The notes below the pieces were generated by a model, which saw only the letters and a list, made by a program, of their open reading frames with translations, had not been told where the DNA came from and ran no database searches. The position numbers and the translations under genes are program-made. Below are positions 46,487 to 55,515 of a DNA stretch of 64,000 nucleotides, in pieces (position 1 is the first letter of the stretch; the number at the start of each line of letters is the position of its first letter). Source of the DNA: Candidatus Bathyarchaeia archaeon. Lineage in GTDB: Archaea > Thermoproteota > Bathyarchaeia > 40CM-2-53-6. The stretch lies in NCBI GenBank assembly GCA_050013255.1, contig JBEKFP010000001.1:256001-320000 (forward strand). Direction: 5' to 3'.

Positions 46487-47005
46487 CTATTGGGGCTGCC
46501 GCGCGTTGCAGTGAGGACAAATAAGTTCCCCACCCTGTAGCTGAGCACCGCACTGGACGCAATACTTGACCTGAGCTACACCTGTTCCGGGCTGGGGAAT
46601 TGATTGTGGTATGGCAGTCCCGGCGCCACGATGACGAATCGCACCTCCGATGGCTCCGCCGAAGGCACCTGCAACCAGACTTGTCAGCAATATGAAAATG
46701 ACTGCCTCCTGCAACTGCGATAACGGGGGGGTCGGCGTGTTTGGGATAGGTATTACTTCGAAGATCAGGAAGATTTGGGAGACTCCAAGGAAGAATGGTA
46801 CATTGAGAATTCCTGCAAGGGCACCAACCGCAGCTGCCTGACCAACCTTACCGTAAAGAACGTATGCAGCGACAACTCCTCCAACCACTGCTCCTATCAC
46901 TGTCGAGAATTGCAAATCACCGATGCTTAAAACAGCTGATAATAGGCCGCCTACAATCAGACCGCTCAACGTTGCAGCCCAAAGGTCTTTGCTTTTAGTG
47001 AACAT
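46487..47005 (-). CDS. Membrane protein with C-terminal double zinc ribbon
   Basis: Four Gly-rich TM helices; YCVQCG..ICPHC. Confidence 0.7.
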   Translation of the reverse strand: MFTKSKDLWAATLSGLIVGGLLSAVLSIGDLQFSTVIGAVVGGVVAAYVLYGKVGQAAAVGALAGILNVPFFLGVSQIFLIFEVIPIPNTPTPPLSQLQEAVIFILLTSLVAGAFGGAIGGAIRHRGAGTAIPQSIPQPGTGVAQVKYCVQCGAQLQGGELICPHCNARQPQ

Positions 47006-47124
47006 AGCAGCTCCAATTGCCAGAATTCCCGCCTCGCTATAAAGCATTGTACCTTCGATGTCCCGAATTCGACTCAACATTATAGGAGAGGCTCTCTTTA
47101 CTGCGAAGATTAGCGTGTGGAAAC

Positions 47125-48438
47125 TTGGTCGCAAAAGCGTTCACGCTCCCGCGAGGGATTAGAGATACAGATTCAGTTGAGATGAATCGAAGGCTTTGGC
47201 TCTATGGTAAGATACGCGATGTGGTCCGCAGATACGGGTTCCAAATGGTTGAACCTGCAACGATTGAGAACCTCAATACGCTTGAAGCCAAGAGTGGGCC
47301 AGCCATACGGAAGGAAATCTACTGGTTCAAGGACAAGGGCGGGAGAAGCCTTGGCCTTCGCTTCGACCTCACCGTCGGCATAGCAAGGATGATCGCGAAC
47401 CGATCCGACCTACCCGAGCCTATAAAATTCGCCACAATTGGCGGGAACTGGCGCTATGACGAGCCACAATACGGGAGATATCGCTACTTTACCCAATGGG
47501 ACGTAGAAATCTTCGGCTCAGAAAGCCCTTTGGCAGACGCAGAGGTGATCTGTGTCGGGGCAGACATCCTAAGCAGCGTCGGGTTGAAAGACTGCATTAT
47601 CAGAATAAGCAACAGGAAACTCACAGAAGCTTACCTCAAGCAATTGGGCATCAGGTCGGGCAAGAGACTTGATCAGTGCCTTAGAATCATCGATAAGCTG
47701 AGAAAGGCCAACCGCGAGCAACTGGAAAAGGAATTCCAAGCTGCCAAGATCGGGAAAGAAGCAGTAAAGGGAATTTTCTCGTTCATCTCCCTGAACGGAC
47801 GCCCAGCGAGTGTCCTTGGGAAGCTAGACAGTTTCACCTTCAGTGAAGAGAATGCTAAGAAAGGCTTGGAGGAGTTGAAGATTCTAGCAGACGCCCTAGC
47901 ATCACTAGGGCGTTTAGGGATCTGCGTATATGACCTAAGCATAGTGCGCGGAATTGGATACTACGACGGAATTGTCTTCGAAGCTTTCGATAAGGGTGGG
48001 GAAGATGTTGGCTCAATCTTCGGTGGCGGAAGATACGACCGGTTATGCAGAATATACGGAAAGCGGGACATACCGGCAACTGGCGTGGCAGGTGGAATTG
48101 AGCGCCTAATGATTTCCCTGGAACGAGACAACCTGTTCCCGAAGAGCCCTATGGGTGCCAAAGTTTTCATCGCAACGGTTCAAGAAGGCCTCAAGCAAGA
48201 AGCAACGAAGCTGGCACAGAAGCTTCGAGATAACGGAATCGCAACTGAGGTTGACTTGAAAACACGCCCGTTGGGGAAGCAGTTAGAATACGCGAACGCA
48301 GCTAAAATCCCGTTCTTGATAGTGCTTGGCCCACAAGAACTTCAAACCCAAACCGTCAAAGTTAAGGAAATGGCCACTCGAAACGAGATGCCCGTACCTC
48401 TCGACGCTCTTGTGGAAAAGCTCCAGTCTTTGAATTAG
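47125..48438 (+). CDS. hisS: Histidyl-tRNA synthetase
   Basis: LRFDLT, WRYDEPQYGRYR, IVRGIGYYDG, GGGRYD, GIERL. Confidence 0.96.
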   Translation: MVAKAFTLPRGIRDTDSVEMNRRLWLYGKIRDVVRRYGFQMVEPATIENLNTLEAKSGPAIRKEIYWFKDKGGRSLGLRFDLTVGIARMIANRSDLPEPIKFATIGGNWRYDEPQYGRYRYFTQWDVEIFGSESPLADAEVICVGADILSSVGLKDCIIRISNRKLTEAYLKQLGIRSGKRLDQCLRIIDKLRKANREQLEKEFQAAKIGKEAVKGIFSFISLNGRPASVLGKLDSFTFSEENAKKGLEELKILADALASLGRLGICVYDLSIVRGIGYYDGIVFEAFDKGGEDVGSIFGGGRYDRLCRIYGKRDIPATGVAGGIERLMISLERDNLFPKSPMGAKVFIATVQEGLKQEATKLAQKLRDNGIATEVDLKTRPLGKQLEYANAAKIPFLIVLGPQELQTQTVKVKEMATRNEMPVPLDALVEKLQSLN

Positions 48439-48863
48439 TCGCCGCCGATGAAGATTTCTTTCTCATGGGACTGCAAGATTGCAGTTAGAGTTGCGCGCTC
48501 ACCGACTAAATCTCGCATCGAAACAACTCCAACCGGTTTCCCCTGCTCATCGACCACTACGACGTGCCTTATCTTATTCTTGTTCATCGCTTTGGCGGCC
48601 TCAGCCACGTCCGAGCTGGCTTTTGCGGTGATAACATGTTTCGTACTCACTTCGTCCACTGCTGCGTTCAGCTTTTTGCCCGATGCTATGGCTTTCATAA
48701 TGTCCCTTTCTGAGATTACGCCGGCGAGGTTTGTTCTTTCTTTTGGGTCGCATATGACTAGGAGGCCCATGTTGTTGTCAACCATGAGTTTTGCTGCATC
48801 GAGCATTGTCGTGCCCGAGGGAATCATGACTAAGGGCCGTTGCAGAATATCTCCAATGTTCAT
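48435..48863 (-). CDS. CBS-domain pair protein
   Basis: GVISERDI, IRHVVVV, GVVSMRDL. Confidence 0.9.
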   Translation of the reverse strand: MNIGDILQRPLVMIPSGTTMLDAAKLMVDNNMGLLVICDPKERTNLAGVISERDIMKAIASGKKLNAAVDEVSTKHVITAKASSDVAEAAKAMNKNKIRHVVVVDEQGKPVGVVSMRDLVGERATLTAILQSHEKEIFIGGD

Positions 48864-48868
48864 GCTTG

Positions 48869-50035
48869 CTAATCCTCCTCCCTACCAAGCCTGGAATCCA
48901 TCGGAGTATAAGGTAAACCTGTTTTCCCTACGTAGAGAGCTTTAGGTCGAATCAGCCTGTTAGCTTTCAAGTATTCAATTGAGTGCGCCGTCCAACCTGC
49001 AATTCTGCTCATCGCGAAGATTGGCGTGAACAGGTCGGTCGGGATTCCCAAGATGTGGAAAACGATACCCGAGTATGAGTCAACGTTCGGAAAAATGGGT
49101 AAACCTGCAAGGTGTTTAAGGGCGCTGGCCTCAATGGCGACGGCAGTCTCGAATAACTTTGTCTGATTCCGCTTTGCTGCAAGTTCCCCACCGAGTTTCT
49201 TGAGAATAACGTACCTGGGATCCCAAGTCTTGTACACTCGGTGGCCGAAGCCCATGATCTTTTTCTTTTGAGCCAGGGCTTCAACAACGTAGCCTTCAGC
49301 TCTGGACGGGTCACCGACCTCCATAACCGTTTGGAGAGCAACCTCATTTGCGCCGCCGTGAAGAGGGCCCCTCAATGTTGCGATACCGGAGGTCATTATG
49401 GAGTACATATCAGCTAAAGTTGAAGCCGTTACCGTGCATGAGAAGGTTGATGCGTTCATTTCGTGTTCCGCGTGGAGGATCAGAGCGACGTCCATGACAT
49501 GGGCATCATATGGATCAGGCTCTTTCCCGGTCAGCATGTATAGGAAATCCGCAGCATGGCTCAAGCCCTGCTTGGGCAAAACAGGTTCCTTTCGGTTTCT
49601 GATTCGGTCAAATGCTGTAATGATCGCCGGCGTTTTCGCTAAGATTCTGAGCGCCTTGTCGATTCGTCCCTCGATGCTATCGGTCGTTGGTTGGGGGTCG
49701 TACAAGCCGAGGGCTGAAACTGTTGTTCGCAAAACGTCCATCGGATCGCTCTTGATGGGAAGTGACCGGATTAATCGTAATACTTCAGGTTCAAGGGACC
49801 GATCAGACTCGATTCGCCCGTTGAATTCTGCCAACTGGGATTTTGTTGGAAGCCAGCCGTAAATTAGAAGATAGGCAGTTTCCTCGAAGGTGGCACGCTC
49901 AGCCAAGTCTTCGATGCTGTAGCCTCTGTAGAAGAGTTTGCTGGCTTCACCATCAATGAAGCAGATCTTACTCTCCTTCACGTACACGTTGTCGAGCCCT
50001 TTGTGGATGACAACGGGTTCTCTTACGGGAGACAA
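48869..50035 (-). CDS. gltA: Citrate synthase (or 2-methylcitrate synthase)
   Basis: HAEHEMNAST, GPLHGGAN, MGFGHRVYK, FPNVD, RLIRP. Confidence 0.93.
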   Translation of the reverse strand: MSPVREPVVIHKGLDNVYVKESKICFIDGEASKLFYRGYSIEDLAERATFEETAYLLIYGWLPTKSQLAEFNGRIESDRSLEPEVLRLIRSLPIKSDPMDVLRTTVSALGLYDPQPTTDSIEGRIDKALRILAKTPAIITAFDRIRNRKEPVLPKQGLSHAADFLYMLTGKEPDPYDAHVMDVALILHAEHEMNASTFSCTVTASTLADMYSIMTSGIATLRGPLHGGANEVALQTVMEVGDPSRAEGYVVEALAQKKKIMGFGHRVYKTWDPRYVILKKLGGELAAKRNQTKLFETAVAIEASALKHLAGLPIFPNVDSYSGIVFHILGIPTDLFTPIFAMSRIAGWTAHSIEYLKANRLIRPKALYVGKTGLPYTPMDSRLGREED

Positions 50036-50126
50036 GCTGACCTGAATGGGCTCCCACGTGGTTGTTTATACAAATTGTCCAGTACAGACAAGGGAGCCTT
50101 GCGGGGCCTCTGGAGTGGGTCAATGG

Positions 50127-50918
50127 TTAGGTGATTCTTATTGTGCCGTCTCCAGTGAACCAAAACGGCGGACTGTAAACAGAATCAAGGGGGTCCCTCG
50201 ATTCCAAACTGCTGAAGGGCGCGACAGTATTGTATACGGAAGTGAATACGGTATTGCCCCTTGCCAGGTAGTAGAACATAGCGCCGGTCAGATCGTCGAT
50301 TTGTCCGAAAGCGAGGGTGATGCTTCCATTGCAAGAGATTACAGCCTTAACGCCTGCTTTGATGAAATAGCTGGCAATGAGGACAGAATTTGATGAAATC
50401 AACACTACCAATTTGACGTTCTTGAGAGAGTCCGCCTGCAAGTGCTCGCTCAGGAATTGGATACTAATGCCGAGGACTCCAGCATTCCCATTAACTCGCC
50501 CCAAGTCGAAGTCATCCGCGTATTTCCGTTCGGCAGCTAGATTGACGGTCTGTCCGACGTACCAGTAAGTTGTGTGTGCGAATGAATACGTATTCGTGCG
50601 CCAGACGATCACATCGTAGTTGTTCAGTTGAGTCGTGATGAAGTCAAGTGTCACAGCAGAGTTGGAAAGGAAACTCACTTGAAACCCGGCGTGAGCTAAA
50701 TCGTATTTGAGTGTCGTGGCATAGTAGCCCATTGGGGCTAGTGCCTCGAGCGAAGAAAGGATCACAGCCTTGCGCTGCGGTTGGGCCTGAACCGGCGCAA
50801 TCGCCACCAACGCCAATGAAACTAGGGCTAATATGAACGCAGCAAGTAACTTTCGTTGCAAATTCGTACACCTACGCGGCCACGAAGGATTCTGTGAGAT
50901 AAAGGGTGTCTTAGCCAA
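50127..50918 (-). CDS. Secreted hypothetical protein
   Basis: Signal-peptide-like RKLLAAFILALVSLALVAIAPVQA; the true start is probably later than in the track. Confidence 0.65.
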   Translation of the reverse strand: MAKTPFISQNPSWPRRCTNLQRKLLAAFILALVSLALVAIAPVQAQPQRKAVILSSLEALAPMGYYATTLKYDLAHAGFQVSFLSNSAVTLDFITTQLNNYDVIVWRTNTYSFAHTTYWYVGQTVNLAAERKYADDFDLGRVNGNAGVLGISIQFLSEHLQADSLKNVKLVVLISSNSVLIASYFIKAGVKAVISCNGSITLAFGQIDDLTGAMFYYLARGNTVFTSVYNTVAPFSSLESRDPLDSVYSPPFWFTGDGTIRIT

Positions 50919-51109
50919 CTGACAAATGCAAGTAAAAGACTCACCACAATTCTATCCGGAGTTACTTCTAGGATGCAACAAGGCCATGGACGCGAGTACG
51001 ACAATGTGTTCAGTTTGCCATGCGCTTTCCAGTCATTTCTCATTGCAAGGCCGTCAGCGCGGCAAGAATGGTTTCCTGCTGTTATCGTCTCTTGAGATAA
51101 ATGTGAGAT

Positions 51110-51304
51110 TCACTTACTGAAGCGAATAAGCAAGAGTCCGATTACTACTAGGATGCTTCCGCGGAAAATCGTGTCCCATGCGAGGTTGAATGGGCCAAAA
51201 CGCCAGTAAGCTGCCCCGTAAGCGTTGCCTAAGTAGACTCCGCCAAAAGTGCAAATCAAACCGCCGAGATATTTCATGAATTTCGAGACCAACACCATCG
51301 CCAT
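51110..51304 (-). CDS. Small membrane protein
   Basis: Two hydrophobic segments, 64 aa. Confidence 0.5.
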   Translation of the reverse strand: MAMVLVSKFMKYLGGLICTFGGVYLGNAYGAAYWRFGPFNLAWDTIFRGSILVVIGLLLIRFSK

Positions 51305-51407
51305 ACTAGGGAGACATGGCGCTTTGGATTATGGTTAATGGGTTTCCATCCATTGAACTGAAACATTAATATACATAAAATGGTACACTAGTGTTTCGGC
51401 GCCCGAC

Positions 51408-52181
51408 ATGTCCCACGCTTTCAGACCGCAACCCCCTACCGCGGACATCGAGACTAGGTCGGCGACTTTCCCAGCACTCATCCAACTTCCCCAGCCACTG
51501 CTGGACTACAGCATCATCATTGCCATCATCAAGGGAGACGTCGGGGCAGTTAACATACTCAAAGACGCGATGAGCATTTCAAAAGACCTGCACATCGACA
51601 ACCTCCTCCTCGCATTAGGACCCACTACACCTCTATCCCTCCAACCACCCCCAGGATCAAGGATACTTTGGGCAACCTTCACGGACGGCCAAAACCTCCT
51701 CAACGGCCCCCGACTCACAATAGTGCCACCAAACCACCTAACAGACCTAAGCCTGAACCTTGAAAAACTCTCAAAGACAAGAACCGGCCGCATACCACTA
51801 ATCATCGGGGACTTCCTCGACAACGTGCTTTCCGTTTCATCCGCTCCAGCAGGACTCTACTCCTTCCTTTGCAAACTCTTCACGAGAATTCGAACAAACG
51901 GGCAGACCGCGTTCTTCCTAGCGACAGAAGACATGCACGACTCAAAGAAAACTGCGATACTCAAAAGATTCGCTGACGTTGTCATAGAGTACCGGGCAAT
52001 ACAAGAAATCGCCAACTACCGGCTTGAGGCTCGAATCCTCGACCACGCACAAAACCATTACAGCATATGGGACAGCAGCGAAAGCCCGGATTCAGAATAT
52101 GAAAACCAACCTTTTCCAAGCAACCAGCTCCCTAAGATCGGGCGCCAACCAAACCTCCTCCGAGAGCCCATCCCGGCTTGA
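51408..52181 (+). CDS. Degenerate KaiC/RecA-fold protein lacking Walker A
   Basis: PLIIGDFLD Walker-B-like strand and MHD..TAILKRFADVVIEY typical of archaeal KaiC-like C-terminal halves. Confidence 0.55.
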   Translation: MSHAFRPQPPTADIETRSATFPALIQLPQPLLDYSIIIAIIKGDVGAVNILKDAMSISKDLHIDNLLLALGPTTPLSLQPPPGSRILWATFTDGQNLLNGPRLTIVPPNHLTDLSLNLEKLSKTRTGRIPLIIGDFLDNVLSVSSAPAGLYSFLCKLFTRIRTNGQTAFFLATEDMHDSKKTAILKRFADVVIEYRAIQEIANYRLEARILDHAQNHYSIWDSSESPDSEYENQPFPSNQLPKIGRQPNLLREPIPA

Positions 52182-52212
52182 ATGCGAAGCTTCAGGAAAG
52201 CCATTTGGCCAG

Positions 52213-53949
52213 TCACGCGGTTCTTATCGAGGCTGCTTCTTCCAACCCTAGTTCCTTAGTCGAAATCTCTCGCATCTTGAATTTTTGGACCTTCCCGGTA
52301 ATCGTCATTGGAAACGTTTCTGTGAACTTGAAGTAGGCTGGAACCTTGAAGTAGGCAATTCTAGTTTTGCAGAATTCCTGTAATTCCTCAGCGGTGGCTG
52401 TCTCGCCCGGTCTCAGTTTAACCCAAGCCATAACCTCTTCTCCGTACTTTCGGCTGGGAACACCGATAACCTGCACGTCAGAAATCTTAGGATGTGTGTA
52501 GAGGAAATCTTCCACCTCCCTTGGGAAAACCTTCTCTCCACCCCGGCTGATCATGTCCTTCGTGCGCCCAACTATGTTCACATAACCATTCGGCTGCATG
52601 ACCGCGAGATCCCCTGTATGCATCCACCCTTCCTGGTCAATGGCTTCCCGCGTAGCTTCCGGGTTGCTCCAGTACTTGAGCATCACAAGGTAACCGCGTA
52701 CGCAAAGCTCACCAGCTGTCCCACATGGGAGGGTGCGGTTGGTTAGTGGTTCGATGATCTTTGCTTCCACATGTGGAAGTGGACGGCCGACGGTTGATAC
52801 TCGAAGCTCTAAGGAATCGTCGAGTCGGGTTTGAAATGAGACGGGGGAGGTTTCCGTCATTCCATAACAAATTGTGATCTCACGTATGCCCATGTTCGAG
52901 ATGACTTTCTTCATGACCTCGACCGGGCATGGGGAACCCGCCATGACACCTGTTCTCAGGCTTGACAAGTCGAATTGGTTGAAGTTGGGATCGTTCAGTT
53001 CGGCGACAAACATTGTTGGTACGCCATGAAGCGCCGTACACCTTTCTTCCTCCACGGTTCGGAGCACGGCTTCCGAGCTGAAAGCATCAGACGGAAGAAC
53101 CATGGTGGCACCATGGGTTACGCACGCGAGGTTTCCTAACACCATGCCGAAACAATGGTAGAAGGGGACTGGGATGCATAGTCTGTCGTGGTGGGTGAAT
53201 TTCATTTCTTCGCCAACGAAGAAACCGTTATTCAAAATGCCGTGATGAGTTAGGGTCGCACCTTTCGGAAAACCGGTAGTTCCCGAAGTATATTGAATGT
53301 TGATGGCATCATAGCACTCAAGCATCCTTTCTCTTTCCTTGAGTTCCATTGGGGAGGAGTTCATTGTTCCGATTTCTAGAAAACGTTCCCAGGGAAGCAT
53401 TGAAGATGGAGAAGGCTCACCCCCATTGCTGAGTGTTACGATTCGACGTAGTGCCGGGACACGAGCCGCCTTGATTTCTTGGCCAGCCCCTATCTTCGGG
53501 AGTTTTCTAATTTCAGGTGCCAGTTCTGTTATCATCCAATGGTAATCCGAGGTTTTGAATTGCTTGGCCGTTATGAGGAGACTTATCCCGGATTGGTTCA
53601 GCGCATACTCCAACTCTTGAACTCGGTATGCGGGGTTGACGTTGACTAGGATCGCCCCAACCTTTGCAGTAGCGAATTGGGTTAGGATCCATTCCGCATT
53701 ATTTGGCGACCAGATACCCACACGGTCTCCCTTCCGTACGCCGAAACCAAGAAGCGCTACGGCGAACTCATCCACCCGCTCCTTCAGTTGGGCGTAGGTC
53801 ATTCTCAGGCCCTGATGCCTAGAAACGAGCGCTTCTGCATCCCCATGCCTCGAAACGACCCCGTCGAAGAACCCCCCAACTGTCTTTTCGATTAGAGATT
53901 TCTCTGTTGGGCCTTGTTCGTAGCTTGGGTCGGGCCCTTTTTCCTTCAT
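52213..53949 (-). CDS. AMP-dependent acyl-CoA synthetase (ACSF2-like)
   Basis: IQYTSGTTGFPKG, CYGMTETSP, WMHTGDL, PMTITGKVQK. Confidence 0.93.
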   Translation of the reverse strand: MKEKGPDPSYEQGPTEKSLIEKTVGGFFDGVVSRHGDAEALVSRHQGLRMTYAQLKERVDEFAVALLGFGVRKGDRVGIWSPNNAEWILTQFATAKVGAILVNVNPAYRVQELEYALNQSGISLLITAKQFKTSDYHWMITELAPEIRKLPKIGAGQEIKAARVPALRRIVTLSNGGEPSPSSMLPWERFLEIGTMNSSPMELKERERMLECYDAINIQYTSGTTGFPKGATLTHHGILNNGFFVGEEMKFTHHDRLCIPVPFYHCFGMVLGNLACVTHGATMVLPSDAFSSEAVLRTVEEERCTALHGVPTMFVAELNDPNFNQFDLSSLRTGVMAGSPCPVEVMKKVISNMGIREITICYGMTETSPVSFQTRLDDSLELRVSTVGRPLPHVEAKIIEPLTNRTLPCGTAGELCVRGYLVMLKYWSNPEATREAIDQEGWMHTGDLAVMQPNGYVNIVGRTKDMISRGGEKVFPREVEDFLYTHPKISDVQVIGVPSRKYGEEVMAWVKLRPGETATAEELQEFCKTRIAYFKVPAYFKFTETFPMTITGKVQKFKMREISTKELGLEEAASIRTA

Positions 53950-54024
53950 TTGCGTTCGCGTGCCGATTGGGGCTTGGTGTGGAAGAATAATTCTTAGTAC
54001 CTTTACTAATTATGGTAAGATGCA

Positions 54025-54174
54025 TGGCGGGCCCGCGGGGATTTGAACCCCGGACTTCTGTACCAGTGCTGGGCTGGTTCTACAGCTTTTTCCGGGTGTT
54101 CCTTAGGGGGTTCGGCAACAAATTCCGCTTTCTCAGCGGAGCCTGCCGCTCTATCCAACCTGAGCTACGGGCCC
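54025..54174 (-). tRNA. tRNA-Arg(CCU) with three introns (54111-54142 at 30/31; 54088-54103 at 37/38; 54056-54079 at 45/46)
   Basis: Spliced arm GCAGC CCCCTAA GCTGT AGGTC; perfect BHB CTGT-AG^A-ACCAG..CTGGT-ACAG-AA^G; C at position 33. Confidence 0.8.
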
Positions 54175-54264
54175 AAGGGGGGAACGGGGCGGGTAAAGTA
54201 AAAGGATTAAGGCGCAGCAATTCGAAGAAGTTTAAAGAACCAACCGGATTTCCTTTGTCTCTGT

Positions 54265-54426
54265 GCGGGGATACCCGAGCCAGGTCAAAGGGGCAGGACC
54301 ACCCGGCGTGGTGGGGCCACACTTAAGATCAGAACTTGCCTTGGGTGACGAGAAGACATCCTGTGGCGTAGAGCCAGCGGATGGGCGCGTAAGCCTTCAG
54401 GGGTTCGAATCCCCTTCCCCGCACCA
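54265..54426 (+). tRNA. tRNA-Leu(UAA) with three introns (54298-54320 at 30/31; 54328-54357 at 37/38; 54372-54392 in the variable arm)
   Basis: Spliced GCGGGGA..CAGGA CTTAAGA TCCTG TGGCGTAGGCCTTC AGGGG TTCGAAT CCCCT TCCCCGC A CCA. Confidence 0.88.
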
Positions 54427-54464
54427 CCCACCTACAAGTATAACGTATGTGAGTCGTGTAATGG

Positions 54465-54704
54465 TTACCTGATTTTTCGGGTAAGCAGTAGGCTGAATGA
54501 AATGGAAAGCAGCAGTATGACTCCTAACATTATCGCAACCAACTTCCCCAATGACAAGACCGTCAACACCAAGACCCCTACGATTAAGAGAAGAACGAGG
54601 TTGAACCTGACTCCCCCAACGTTTCTTAACTTGACGACTGAAGCAACCAAACCCACAACCACAAGTAACACAAACAGGTCTACGAGAAGACTGAGCAAAC
54701 TCAT
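54465..54704 (-). CDS. Small hydrophobic membrane protein
   Basis: 79 aa, about 3 TM helices. Confidence 0.6.
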   Translation of the reverse strand: MSLLSLLVDLFVLLVVVGLVASVVKLRNVGGVRFNLVLLLIVGVLVLTVLSLGKLVAIMLGVILLLSISFSLLLTRKIR

Positions 54705-54871
54705 TCAGGCCGCCTCTACAAAATAGCGGGTTGTGAGGTAAGGTTCATCCGCGGAAAGGAAAAAACCACCAAGAGAAATGGAAGAATTAGAGTCCGCATT
54801 CAACCAATCCAAAGCCAATATTCAGTATCAGTCCGACCTAGACTTAATTGATTCTTGAATACAAGGTAATC

Positions 54872-54972
54872 GGGGCCGTAGTTCAATCAGCGAATCCGCA
54901 GGGCAATCTTGCACTGCACGATGATGTCGCGAAGAAAGGTGCGGAGGATGGGTTTGTAAGCCCCAAGGTCTC
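54872..54972 (+). ncRNA. Degenerate tRNA-like element (tRNA-Ala(UGC)-like)
   Basis: GGGGCCG TA GTTC AATCAGC GAAT CCGCA..CTTGCA..TGCGG AGGA TGGG TTTGTAAGC CCCA AGGTCTC; TATA-like CTTAATT about 25 nt upstream; no CCA. Confidence 0.4.
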
Positions 54973-55038
54973 GGTGAATATTATGAGAAATGTTAGGTGT
55001 GAAAGTTAGGTTGATGGTATTGCCGATGTCTGTCTGAG

Positions 55039-55515
55039 CTAGTAAACGTTGTAGTACCATATGACTCGAACGTAGATGTCGCCGAAGAAAAATAGTGGCG
55101 GTACCCATTGATCAGCCTGGAATGCTGATGGGGTTACGAATAACCCGGAGACTACTACGCTTGACCCAGCTAAGCTCGCTGGAACTCGCACTTTGTCTGA
55201 GAGTATCATCCGATAGTTGCGCCCGTTAACTATAACGTAGAAAATTTGCGTCTCCGGGTTTGAACAAGGATTGACTGCCAGACTGCATGTTGGTGCCAAA
55301 GTCAAAACCTTTAGCGTCCCTAGCACGGTCACGTTCTCGTGAATTGGTTGGATTCCACCTCCCACTCCGACAGATGGTGGGGGTGCGGCCAAGATGTGAG
55401 GTTTAACCATCGAATTGTTGGGAACTACAGAATTGTAAGAGTAAACGGCAGCCATTACCAGGAAAGCAACCGCGACTAACGATATGGCGGACTTTACGTG
55501 CTTTCGATTTTTCAC
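55039..55515 (-). CDS. Secreted/membrane-anchored hypothetical protein
   Basis: N-terminal basic plus hydrophobic helix, a Cys pair, beta-rich C-terminus. Confidence 0.65.
   Translation of the reverse strand: MKNRKHVKSAISLVAVAFLVMAAVYSYNSVVPNNSMVKPHILAAPPPSVGVGGGIQPIHENVTVLGTLKVLTLAPTCSLAVNPCSNPETQIFYVIVNGRNYRMILSDKVRVPASLAGSSVVVSGLFVTPSAFQADQWVPPLFFFGDIYVRVIWYYNVY

Noticed and set aside
54135-54146. Calling the 54025-54174 gene tRNA-Arg(CCG) from GGCTCCG
   Set aside because: Would need a G31-G39 mismatch and no BHB supports that junction; the CCU parse gives a complete stem.
54012-54472. ORFs 54012-54326, 54080-54322, 54263-54472 (also 35214-35426)
   Set aside because: They overlap intron-containing tRNA genes and are spurious translations.
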